Shown one piece after another: positions 9,201-16,863 of a stretch of DNA of 64,000 bases. Where the stretch lies: assembly GCA_015061695.1 (NCBI GenBank), contig SUWA01000003.1:65-64064 (forward strand). The letters run 5' to 3'. A model generated the notes under the pieces. That model was not told the origin of the DNA. It did no database searches and saw only the letters and a list, made by a program, of their open reading frames with translations. Made by a program: the position numbers and the translations under genes. The DNA is from Lentisphaerota bacterium. GTDB taxonomy: Bacteria > Verrucomicrobiota > Lentisphaeria > Victivallales > Victivallaceae. The stretch's first letter is position 1. Each line of letters opens with the position of its first letter.

Positions 9201-11203
9201 CGGAAGCGGAAGAAGCCTACCGCACTACCGGTTGGCAGAGCGACTTTATCATCGCGGCTGATTTTGCCGGCAAAGTTGATTACCTTGATACTTTCAAGCG
9301 CCAGGTCGTTATGCAGCCCGGATCAATGAAGCTGATTTATCTGACCCAAACTCCGGCGCTGGTCTACAGCGTGGATAATATGCGTAATCAAATGCTGCTT
9401 TCGGAAACGCTGAAAGTGCGCATCTCCGGTCAGAGCAATGATTCCGATTGCGACCTGCAAGTCGAGTCCAACCGCAAAACTGCTGAAATCATCATATTGC
9501 TGCCCGACGGCAAAATCGCCGACAGAGTCAAACTCAACGGTCAGGCCGTGGAATTCCAGCCTTTTTACCTCAAAAACGGCCGCTTCATCCGGCTGACCGT
9601 ACCGGAAGGCTCCAGTAATATCCAAGTGAAATTTGCCAATGCTCCGGTCGCGGCCGCCGGCAAATACACTTTGTGTATCAGTCCGGGCTCCGCCGGTAAA
9701 ACCATGACGGTCGAACTCAAAGGCAACGCCAATAAATATTTGCAGTTGAATATCTACTCGCCGGAAAATCGCTCGCTGCCGGTTTGGAGTACACCGATAA
9801 CAGCCAATCGGCCGCTGGCCATCCGGCTGCCGGAGGTGCTGACCGGCGGCAAATACACTGCCTGCGTGCTGGATGTAAACGGCAAAGTACTGACCGTTGA
9901 AGAGTTCAACTTGCCCAATGCACCGAGCAAACTGAAGCGGGTGGACTCTTACTACCCGGATTCAAAATGTATCAGCCAAGTCACCAAACTGGATAATGTC
10001 AGGATCAACAAGTTCAATATACCTGTTTTGAGCGTTGCTGTTGCCGACAGTCCCGGCAACGGCAAGATCACCGTGGATGCGGAAAACGGCCGGATCGACT
10101 TTGCGGCGGATCCCAATTTGTATTTCATGCGCGGCGTGAACTCCGGCGCTATGGAGATCAAGTCCAAACGTTATCTCAAGCTCCGGCTTACCGGCAATTT
10201 TGACTGGTTTGCCAAATACGGCCACACGCCCAACAGCCGCAATATCTCGCACCGTTACGGCGATGCGGACACCACGCTGGCGCTGACCTTTGATTTCGGT
10301 ACACCCGATGGCTATACGGTGCGCAGTTTTGCCGGGTTGGGGATCTTGTTTGCCAACCGCCGGAACGGAGATCCGCTGGCTTGGGGGACGAAAAAAGTAC
10401 CGCAAAATATGTTCAGTCTGTCCAGTTTCGGCATGGGCGCCGATGGTAACGAAGCAGTCTATTACCTCGACACTTACGACCTGTGTGCGCCCGAAAACTG
10501 GGATGGCCGCCTCTGGCTGGGGCTGTGCTATCAGAACCCCACACCCGACCGGCAGATGAGCGTGTACCTTGAAGGCACTTTTGACCGCCTGCCCGCCGGA
10601 GTAAAACCCGCCAAACTCTTCCCGATCAAGGGAGGACGCACCGTGGTCGAAAAACAACTTATCAAGCTGCCCCGCACCACCGGCAGGATCACCATTGACG
10701 GCAACGCCGACGAAGCCGACTGGGCCAGTGCGGTAACGTTCAAAGAGTTTTATGCGCTGGGCGATTTATCCAGCAAAGTACCGCCGACCACGATCAAAAT
10801 GCTGCGCGATGATAAATTCATTTATGTTGCCTGCGAATTCAACGAACCCGACCGGTTGATCAACAATGACCCCTCGGCGCAATACGCCTGGTACATTGAC
10901 GGGATCGAAATGTACTTTTTGCAACGCAACGGCAAAAGTTTCCGGCACTATATTCTGGCAGCCAACGGCTTGGATTATGCCTCGATCGTAACGGGTAAAA
11001 AAACGCAAAAACAATCCGCGCCCCGCTGGAAAGGCATTGCAGAAAAGCACCAGTGGCGCATGGAAGCAGCGATCCCGCTCGAAGATTACAAGAGTTTCAA
11101 TATGGGTCGCAACCGCAGCGGCACCGGCCGCAGTATGCACATCTCGCTGGCGCCGGGCAATGAGTACAGAAATTTCAACGTTTTTGAGTTTGATTGGCAG
11201 TAA
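6215..11203 (+). CDS. Large secreted multi-domain carbohydrate-active protein: N-terminal CBM-like domain, discoidin (F5/8 type C)-like domain, TIM-barrel glycosidase-like core, C-terminal CBM9/DOMON-like domain
   Basis: ORF 6050-11203 trimmed to ATG 6215 (AAGGAG RBS); the upstream part overlaps the regulator gene. Signal peptide MYRAFSILQCLLLFLSGTVLAGS. Discoidin-like stretch KILTDGKF..VFDLGALYLVDAITVDA..SQDGKTWRT. Core motifs HPDWF and IWYLDGGG. C-terminus ITIDGNADEADWASAVTF..FIYVACEF. Catalytic family not assignable by eye. Confidence 0.75.
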   Translation: MYRAFSILQCLLLFLSGTVLAGSLPAADLFDLDYMKTEMWQGTTGGNAPVEPKISRITSPVGPAIQVKAITDGAYQGMDLKLPGVLDMSKVGWIEFDFYQTAYHSSGDALVKVYYDVDGQKGTGLFLNFKYTKGQWSHVRIPVDPRTNAGFPHQGSSVSYGRTDRIHFCVYGTLDKTGEMLAVANLKFIPRPAENGPIYVQNYRYENAPESGDVNCKILTDGKFSRKAQTMYPQYSSDPSIVFDLGALYLVDAITVDAFAAPGQNIADITVETSQDGKTWRTSGHIVNTNTDGKIQKYAVRGENLNALGRYFRLRMSRSRSDFFIQFGEITFSGKIPNDEEFRQAAASSYNIGPAMPEVNAQNYYMSNSSYGSFAVCKKSGIAVDLKQLDFKVAERIYGLYELSDGKKTLKVNDYEAQVRSGKVLDDGTVEVEFTFDRYPDLTFTRQYGWHDGVFFTRLSFRSQRTDRQILQTSTQVVVPQEVRKGSRYESWGAGHTLEHRMADDFNMDLPADSGPVVVMESPQSGKTFLHTRYFYKERYVQIGSGTVTVAGFGDKRTVFTANGWILGDGLFEVNSGSTSGSIESRLIIADGDLPKAFDLYLEQPEARAFRAAITRPEWLDDVRYICGGGWSAMFGDNAALAVHYYQSIIREGILNYTANDGNFNWGDFPTDNLRNQFGGVMTGDEVRAKISKLRQTAPGIRISEYTWLWSATDNSDLYQKHPDWFIKENAQGNLLNFFPNWGTNYYRLVGIKESGDEAFNAITKFIRDFNLDIWYLDGGGSPSAIDWKNLRIDEPDAYDQLYMRIRNDIRSDGDRAIFFNHPENPLGDWGYFENSSGVFTNNWRDGATWMYKFKLWQRPDPRFSPLYIYWTPQVDSAVRQYVVGTGLRMTTPRNDYMQPNVSLLSASQQTRAAQLAAAQYSPNWRHDGDELFELMPLTIGDSGWVMIRSHHKKQALCNMSVDVAPLGNFDSAQPFYVFEYELMDHAKHKGTATEPEAEEAYRTTGWQSDFIIAADFAGKVDYLDTFKRQVVMQPGSMKLIYLTQTPALVYSVDNMRNQMLLSETLKVRISGQSNDSDCDLQVESNRKTAEIIILLPDGKIADRVKLNGQAVEFQPFYLKNGRFIRLTVPEGSSNIQVKFANAPVAAAGKYTLCISPGSAGKTMTVELKGNANKYLQLNIYSPENRSLPVWSTPITANRPLAIRLPEVLTGGKYTACVLDVNGKVLTVEEFNLPNAPSKLKRVDSYYPDSKCISQVTKLDNVRINKFNIPVLSVAVADSPGNGKITVDAENGRIDFAADPNLYFMRGVNSGAMEIKSKRYLKLRLTGNFDWFAKYGHTPNSRNISHRYGDADTTLALTFDFGTPDGYTVRSFAGLGILFANRRNGDPLAWGTKKVPQNMFSLSSFGMGADGNEAVYYLDTYDLCAPENWDGRLWLGLCYQNPTPDRQMSVYLEGTFDRLPAGVKPAKLFPIKGGRTVVEKQLIKLPRTTGRITIDGNADEADWASAVTFKEFYALGDLSSKVPPTTIKMLRDDKFIYVACEFNEPDRLINNDPSAQYAWYIDGIEMYFLQRNGKSFRHYILAANGLDYASIVTGKKTQKQSAPRWKGIAEKHQWRMEAAIPLEDYKSFNMGRNRSGTGRSMHISLAPGNEYRNFNVFEFDWQ

Positions 11204-11238
11204 AAATTCAATAAAAAGGAGGTTTTCGAGTTTATTTA

Positions 11239-11266
11239 TTGAGTAATAAACAAGATAATGTATACT
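11239..11266 (+). promoter_or_regulatory. Putative promoter of the first pseudopilin-like gene
   Basis: TTGAGT (11239-11244), 16-nt spacer, TATACT (11261-11266), with the shared ATGTATACT motif. Confidence 0.5.
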
Positions 11267-11322
11267 GTAAGAGTATCAGTTTAAGGTATCAAAACATTTT
11301 TCATGACCAACAGGAGTAAAAT

Positions 11323-12039
11323 ATGAAAAAGCATTTCACACTGATCGAACTTCTGGTAGTGATCGCAATTATCGCCATTCTGGCGGCGATGCTGCTGCCG
11401 GCCCTTTCCGCTGCCCGCGAACGCGCCCGCAGTGCCACTTGCTTGAGCAATCTTAAAAACATGGGCTTGGGTGCAACTATGTACGGCGGAGACAATCAGG
11501 ATTACCGCCCGCCGGTCTGGCAAGCCTTCCAGACCCGTATCGGGACTGAAAACAACCCCTCCGGCTGGGGGCACTTGTATACCGGAGGTTATGTGGTGGA
11601 TGGCAAAGCGATGTTCTGCCCCAGTCTGACCACTATCACCTATGAAAAATATTTCTTCGATTCCGACATAGCTGACCATTCAACCTATAAAGTTGGTTAT
11701 GCTACAGCAGTCTGGTTGTATTTATGTACTGATACCTGGCAGAGCTACAAACTTTCCGGTCCGTTCCCCAAGTGGAACAGCCAGTATGCGGCAACCAAAG
11801 CCCCCAGCGGACCTTCCACCATGCCGTTGGGTTTGGATATCACCCGCGAAGACTCCCATCTGGTTTCCGGCGATGCGGTGGTCTACGGCGGCCACGGCAA
11901 AAACCTCAATATGATTTGGGCGGATGGTCACGCCGATACCTTCAACGACACCAAGGGTGAATTCGTCAATAAAGATGACTGGAAAGTACCTTTCTACGCT
12001 CCCGGCTGGATCCTTGAATACGCTCAAGGCGACCGCTGA
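11323..12039 (+). CDS. Prepilin-type N-terminal cleavage/methylation domain protein with H-X9-DG (DUF1559-type) body (pseudopilin-like)
   Basis: N-terminus MKKH|[33 protein letters not shown]-terminal [12 protein letters not shown] matches H-X9-DG. GGAG RBS. Confidence 0.88.
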   Translation: MKKHFTLIELLVVIAIIAILAAMLLPALSAARERARSATCLSNLKNMGLGATMYGGDNQDYRPPVWQAFQTRIGTENNPSGWGHLYTGGYVVDGKAMFCPSLTTITYEKYFFDSDIADHSTYKVGYATAVWLYLCTDTWQSYKLSGPFPKWNSQYAATKAPSGPSTMPLGLDITREDSHLVSGDAVVYGGHGKNLNMIWADGHADTFNDTKGEFVNKDDWKVPFYAPGWILEYAQGDR

Positions 12040-12080
12040 TATTGAGTGGAAGCATGTTTATATTTTGATTCAAGTTTGAA

Positions 12081-12121
12081 GCTTGCCGGAGCTGAATACG
12101 GCACCGGCAAGCCTTTTTTTG
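12081..12121 (+). terminator. Rho-independent terminator
   Basis: Stem GCTTGCCGG (12081-12089) / CCGGCAAGC (12104-12112), followed by a T7 run. Near-identical copy at 13082-13130. Confidence 0.8.
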
Positions 12122-12217
12122 TTTTTGGTTGCTACAAGAATAAAAAATGCTTTTAAACTGATCTGATAACAAAAACTCAAAAGCGTAAAAAACATGACAA
12201 ATTAAGGTCCCAAATCC

Positions 12218-12246
12218 TTGACAAACAATTCAAATTGATGTATACT
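12218..12246 (+). promoter_or_regulatory. Near-consensus sigma70 promoter of the second pseudopilin-like gene
   Basis: TTGACA (12218-12223), 17-nt spacer, TATACT (12241-12246), with the ATGTATACT motif. Confidence 0.7.
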
Positions 12247-12272
12247 TTTACCAGGAGTTCGATGAGAGTGAA

Positions 12273-13040
12273 TTGTTTTTTCATTTGCTGTTCCTTTTGT
12301 TTATATTGTATTATCAAAACTCAAATTTTCAACGTAATGATGCTTCTGTGGTAATTGCCATCATCGCCATTCTGGCAGCAATGTTGCTGCCCGCACTCTC
12401 TGCCGCGCGTGAACGCGCCCGCAGCGCCACTTGTATCAGCAATCTTAAAAACATGGGCTTGGGTGCCACCATGTATGCCGGCGACAATCAGGACTGGCGG
12501 TTGCCCAACCGTCAGGCGTATCAAACCAACATTGGATCCGAAGTCAATCCTGCCGGTTGGGGATTCCTGTACACCGGTCAGTATGTTGCGGATGGCAAAG
12601 CTATGTTCTGCCCCAGTTTGACCACTATTACTTACGAAAGATATTTCTATACATCTGATGTAGCTAAAAGCGGGAACTTCAAAACCGGTTATGCTACTGC
12701 CGTCTGGGACTTCCCCGGCAGTACTGGAAGCGATACCTGGGTAAGCTTCAAGCTCTCCGGACCGTTCAAGCCCTGGAACAGTCAGTATGCTGCCACCAAA
12801 GCCCCCAGCGGGCCTTCCACCATGCCGTTGGGTACGGATATTCTGCGAGAAGACAACTATCTGGTTTCCGGCGATGCGGTGGTCTACGGCGGCCACGGCA
12901 AAAGCCTCAATATAATCTGGGCAGATGGTCACGCCGATGCCTTCAATGACACCAAGGGCGAATTCGTCAATAAAAACGACTGGAAAGTTCCGTTCAATGC
13001 CCCCGGTTACATTCTTGAATATGTTCAGGGCGACCGCTGA
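12273..13040 (+). CDS. H-X9-DG/DUF1559-type paralog of 11323-12039 with degenerate, apparently frameshifted prepilin N-terminus (possible pseudogene)
   Basis: The body is ~80% identical by eye to the upstream paralog and keeps HGKSLNIIWADG. The RBS-linked ATG at 12262 is in another frame and stops at 12352. Relative to the paralog there is a ~57-nt T-rich insertion after the ATG. FTLIE is replaced by FNVMM. One nt is missing in CTTCTG-TGGTAATTGCC (paralog: CTTCTGGTAGTGATCGCA). Confidence 0.6.
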   Translation: MFFHLLFLLFILYYQNSNFQRNDASVVIAIIAILAAMLLPALSAARERARSATCISNLKNMGLGATMYAGDNQDWRLPNRQAYQTNIGSEVNPAGWGFLYTGQYVADGKAMFCPSLTTITYERYFYTSDVAKSGNFKTGYATAVWDFPGSTGSDTWVSFKLSGPFKPWNSQYAATKAPSGPSTMPLGTDILREDNYLVSGDAVVYGGHGKSLNIIWADGHADAFNDTKGEFVNKNDWKVPFNAPGYILEYVQGDR

Positions 13041-13081
13041 TATTGCTTGTAAGCCTGTTTGTATTTTGATTTAAGTTTGAG

Positions 13082-13130
13082 GCTTGCCGGAAGCTGAATA
13101 CGGCACCGGCAAGCCCTTTTTGTGTTTTTT
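13082..13130 (+). terminator. Rho-independent terminator (duplicate of 12081-12121)
   Basis: Stem GCTTGCCGG (13082-13090) / CCGGCAAGC (13106-13114), followed by a T-rich tract. Confidence 0.8.
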
Positions 13131-13152
13131 TTGCTGATAGAAGGATAAAAAA

Positions 13153-15198
13153 ATGACTGATCTTCATCCCGACCGCTTTTATTTTGGAACTCAATACTAC
13201 CGCGCCCCGACCCCGTTGCCGGATGAGTGGGCCGGTGATATAAAAAATATTGCTGCTATGAATATGGATTGTTTTCAGATCCGTATCCTCTGGCGGCAGA
13301 ACGAACGCGTAAAAGGAGTTTACGAGTTCGATGATGTGGATAAATTGCTTGAACTTGCCCGGCAGCACAAGCTCAAAGTAGTTATTAAATTCTTGCTGGA
13401 AAACGCTCCGGATTATGTTTTTGAAGAATTCAACGGCGCCACTTACCGCCCCGACGGCACCAAAATCGGTTACGACGGCAACGGCGCGTTTTACCTCGGC
13501 GGCCACCGGCCCTGTTTTGACAATCCGCAAGTGATGGCTCACGCAGTAAAGTTTGTCCATAAAACCGTCGAGCGCTACAAGGATAATCCCGACATCATCT
13601 TCTGGAACATCTGGAACGAGCCGCGCATCCACACTGGTGAATGTGCCTGCGAACACTCGCTGAAAGCCTACCGCGATTATTTGCGCAACCGTTTCGGTTC
13701 GATCGAAGCACTCAATAAATTTGCCGGCAAGGCATGGGACAGTTTTGACTCCATTCAGGCGCCGACCTCGTACCGGACTTATTCGGATATGTTTTTGTGG
13801 CGGCAGTGGAGCCACACCACGTTGACCGGCTGGCTGCGGACTTTGCGCGATGCCGTGCGCGATCATGATACCTCCCGCCCGGTCATGGCTCATGTCGGCT
13901 GCTGCAATCTGGTCAATGAACCGATCGAAGACTGTACCGACGACGTGGAAAATGCCAAACTCTTTGACTTCTACGGCACGAGTTTTTCCATCGGCGAAAA
14001 GTTCAATAAAGGTTTTGAACTGGCCATGCCTTTTATGATCGGCGAATGGCTGCGCAACGCTTCTGAATACTTCTGGGTGCATGAGCTTTATCCGGAATGG
14101 GGCGACTGGTCGGGGCGTTTGCCGGTCAAGGATTTCCGCTACAAAGTCATGACGGCGCTTTCCAGCAGCTGCAAAGGGTTGGTTTTGTGGCAATACCGCG
14201 CCGAGCGGCTGGGGCACGAAAATGATCTGGCCGGCGTGGTCAACATCGACGGCTCAAGCAAACCCATCACTTACGAGTGCGAAGATCTGATCAAACTTAT
14301 CGGCCGCCACCGCGATTTTCTTTACCACGCCAAGGCGCAGCCGCACCGGATCGGGATCCTGTTTGACCTTTCCAGCAACATGATCAGCAGTGTGGAAAAC
14401 CGCAACGGCGACGGCAGTTTGAAATACGCCAACGGCGGAGTCTATCCTTACATGGACAACATCCACGGCATTTACACGCTTATGCACGAACTGAAACTTG
14501 CGCCGCAGATCTTTGACAGCCGTCTGCTCAAAGAAAAGATCAATAATATTGATATACTTTATCTGCCCGCATACTTTATGCCGACGGACGAAAATCTGCA
14601 GCTGATCCGCGAGTTTGCCGATCGCGGCGGCCAAGTCATTGCCGAAGAAGGTTTTGCCTTGCGCCAGCAGAATACATGGCTCAATTATCCGTGGCCGGGC
14701 GGCGATATGATCAAAGAGTTCGGAGTAAAGATCGACGAGCGCGTTGCCACCGACAAGGTCGATCCGTGGGGGATCACTGTCAATGGTATCGAGGCACAGG
14801 CCTCCGGCTACGCTTCGGCGCTGGAAATCGTAAGCAGTGATGTACAGGTTCTGGCCAACTGGCACGACGGCCGGCCGGCAGTTACGCGCCGCGGCAACTA
14901 CACGTTTATCGGCACCACGCTGGGCTGTATGATGTACCATAAACATGGCAATGCCGCGCAGGATGCCAACAACGCGGCGGCAGCCCGCGCAATGCTTAAA
15001 GCGCTGCTGCAGGATCACATTGACCTGCCCGATCTGCCGGAAAGCATTGCCGTGCGCAAACTCTGCACCGCCGGTGAAACCGGATATTTTGTGTTCAACC
15101 GCGCCCACGAAAGCGTAAGTTTTATGTTGGACGGCAACGAAATCACCATCGATGCCCGCGATTCGGCGCTGGTGATCAACGGAGTGCTTGACCGGTAA
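13153..15198 (+). CDS. Glycoside hydrolase family 42-like beta-galactosidase (cytoplasmic)
   Basis: 681 aa with no signal peptide. GH42-like N-terminus FYFGTQYYRAPTPLPDEWAGDIKNIAAMNMDCFQIRILW and acid/base context FWNIWNEP. Length and three-domain layout are typical of GH42. Confidence 0.8.
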   Translation: MTDLHPDRFYFGTQYYRAPTPLPDEWAGDIKNIAAMNMDCFQIRILWRQNERVKGVYEFDDVDKLLELARQHKLKVVIKFLLENAPDYVFEEFNGATYRPDGTKIGYDGNGAFYLGGHRPCFDNPQVMAHAVKFVHKTVERYKDNPDIIFWNIWNEPRIHTGECACEHSLKAYRDYLRNRFGSIEALNKFAGKAWDSFDSIQAPTSYRTYSDMFLWRQWSHTTLTGWLRTLRDAVRDHDTSRPVMAHVGCCNLVNEPIEDCTDDVENAKLFDFYGTSFSIGEKFNKGFELAMPFMIGEWLRNASEYFWVHELYPEWGDWSGRLPVKDFRYKVMTALSSSCKGLVLWQYRAERLGHENDLAGVVNIDGSSKPITYECEDLIKLIGRHRDFLYHAKAQPHRIGILFDLSSNMISSVENRNGDGSLKYANGGVYPYMDNIHGIYTLMHELKLAPQIFDSRLLKEKINNIDILYLPAYFMPTDENLQLIREFADRGGQVIAEEGFALRQQNTWLNYPWPGGDMIKEFGVKIDERVATDKVDPWGITVNGIEAQASGYASALEIVSSDVQVLANWHDGRPAVTRRGNYTFIGTTLGCMMYHKHGNAAQDANNAAAARAMLKALLQDHIDLPDLPESIAVRKLCTAGETGYFVFNRAHESVSFMLDGNEITIDARDSALVINGVLDR

Positions 15199-15218
15199 AA
15201 TTGACCGCTGAACATAAG

Positions 15219-15256
15219 GCCGCGGCAAAACAAACCAGTTTTGCCGCGGCTTTTTC
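15219..15256. terminator. Terminator hairpin between convergent GH42 and symporter genes
   Basis: Stem GCCGCGGCAAAA / TTTTGCCGCGGC, followed by TTTTT on the + strand. Confidence 0.75.
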
Positions 15257-15286
15257 TGTTTGCAGTTATGTTGCTGCCCAGTCAGA

Positions 15287-16720
15287 TCAGTTCCAGAAGT
15301 CGGTCGGAGCTTTTACTCCGTTTTCGCGGGCAATGTAGACCGGTTCGATGCCCTGTTTGCGCTGCTGCACATAATTTTTCAGCGCTTTGTAAGCAATGCC
15401 GCCAATGATAACGCAGACCGGTATATTGATGAAAGCCAGAATACACTGGGCGATATCGGCCAGATTCCAGGCGTGCGCCATTTGCATACCAGCACCGGCA
15501 AAAATCAGCAGCGCGCCGATCACGCGGATAACGGTCAAAACCAGCTTGCCGGGGCGATGTCCGAAAATATAGGCAAAGCAGTTTTCCACATAGTAAAAAT
15601 TCCCCAGCAAAGTGGTAAACGCAAACAAACTCATCGCTACAGCAATAAAGACCGGGCCCGCAATACCGAAAGTTGCTTGCAAGCTCTGCTGCACATAGGG
15701 TGCGCCCGCTGCATCCGCGTCAATGCCGATTCCAGACGAAAGACACATCAGCGCCGTGGCAGTACAGATTATGTTGGTATCCAGAAAGACCGAAAGCATC
15801 TGCACCAACCCCTGTTTGGCCGGATGCGACACATCCGCCGCCGCGGCCGCGTTAGGCGCCGAACCGATACCGGCTTCGTTGGAATAAAGCCCGCGTTTCA
15901 GCCCCAGCAGCAGCACCGACCCGGCCATACCGCCGAAAACAGCTTTATAGCTGAAAGCATTGCTGAAGATCGCCACAAACATTTCCGGAATATTTTTAAT
16001 ATTGATCCCCAACGCGATCAAAGCAAAAATTATATAGATCGCCCCCATAAACGGCACCAGCGCGCCGGTAACTTTGACCAAGCCATTGCTGCCGCCCATA
16101 CAGGAAACCAGAAAGAGCAGCGCAATGATCCCGCCGATTATCCAGCAAGTATAAGGCGTAGCTCCATAGAAGTTGAATGCGGCAAAACTGCTTTGCAGAT
16201 TGTACGATGCCAGCATATTGTAGCCCACGCCGTAAGTAAAAATCAAAGCAATGGCAAAAACCACGGCCAGAAACTTGCTTTTGCAGGCGCTTTCGATATA
16301 ACACGAAGGGCCGCCGTAGCTGCTGTTATCCGGGTTGCGCCGCTTGTAGATCTGCGCCAGCGTGGACTCCACAAACGCCGCCGCGCCGCCGATCACAGCA
16401 GTGATCCACATCCAGAAAACCGCTCCGGGACCGCCGGCACAAATCGCCACCGACACCCCGATGATGTTGCCCGTCCCCACGCGCGATGCGGTCGAAACCA
16501 TCAGCGCACCGAACGAAGAAACGCTGCCGGGCGTTTTGGGTTTTTCTATGATGACCCGCCACGCTTCCGGGAACAGCCTGACTTGCACGGCAAAAGTCCG
16601 GATCGTAAAATAGATTCCGCCGGCCAGCAGCACAAACGCCAGCGGCCAGTTGGTCAGATCAAGCAAAAACGCATAAATGCTTGTCCAAATCAAATTGAGT
16701 TCTTCCATAAAATGCTCCAT
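15287..16720 (-). CDS. Alanine/glycine:cation (Na+) symporter, AGCS family
   Basis: 477-aa polytopic membrane protein. AGCS-typical N-terminal region SSFGALMVSTASRVGTGNIIGVSVAICAGGPGAVFWMW. Confidence 0.88.
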   Translation of the reverse strand: MEHFMEELNLIWTSIYAFLLDLTNWPLAFVLLAGGIYFTIRTFAVQVRLFPEAWRVIIEKPKTPGSVSSFGALMVSTASRVGTGNIIGVSVAICAGGPGAVFWMWITAVIGGAAAFVESTLAQIYKRRNPDNSSYGGPSCYIESACKSKFLAVVFAIALIFTYGVGYNMLASYNLQSSFAAFNFYGATPYTCWIIGGIIALLFLVSCMGGSNGLVKVTGALVPFMGAIYIIFALIALGINIKNIPEMFVAIFSNAFSYKAVFGGMAGSVLLLGLKRGLYSNEAGIGSAPNAAAAADVSHPAKQGLVQMLSVFLDTNIICTATALMCLSSGIGIDADAAGAPYVQQSLQATFGIAGPVFIAVAMSLFAFTTLLGNFYYVENCFAYIFGHRPGKLVLTVIRVIGALLIFAGAGMQMAHAWNLADIAQCILAFINIPVCVIIGGIAYKALKNYVQQRKQGIEPVYIARENGVKAPTDFWN

Positions 16721-16802
16721 CCCTTGTTAAAAAAATGATAAACATGTTAATATAGCACTGTTTACACATATTTTCAAACCACAAAGCATTTTATCATCGG
16801 AT

Positions 16803-16850
16803 AAAAAAACTCCACCCGGCTATTTACCCGAATGGAGTTTTGTTTTTTTA
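16803..16850 (-). terminator. Rho-independent terminator of the giant surface-protein gene
   Basis: Imperfect hairpin AACTCCACCCGG / CCGAATGGAGTT, flanked by A7 and T-rich runs, 14 nt past the stop at 16864. Confidence 0.7.
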
Positions 16851-16863
16851 CTCAAGTCGAACT

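Noticed and set aside
12262-12354. Cys-rich 30-aa peptide MRVNCFFICCSFCLYCIIKTQIFNVMMLLW as a RiPP precursor or small toxin.
   Set aside because: Alignment with the upstream paralog shows it is the displaced N-terminal frame of a duplicated pseudopilin gene (insertion plus 1-nt deletion). No modification enzymes are nearby.
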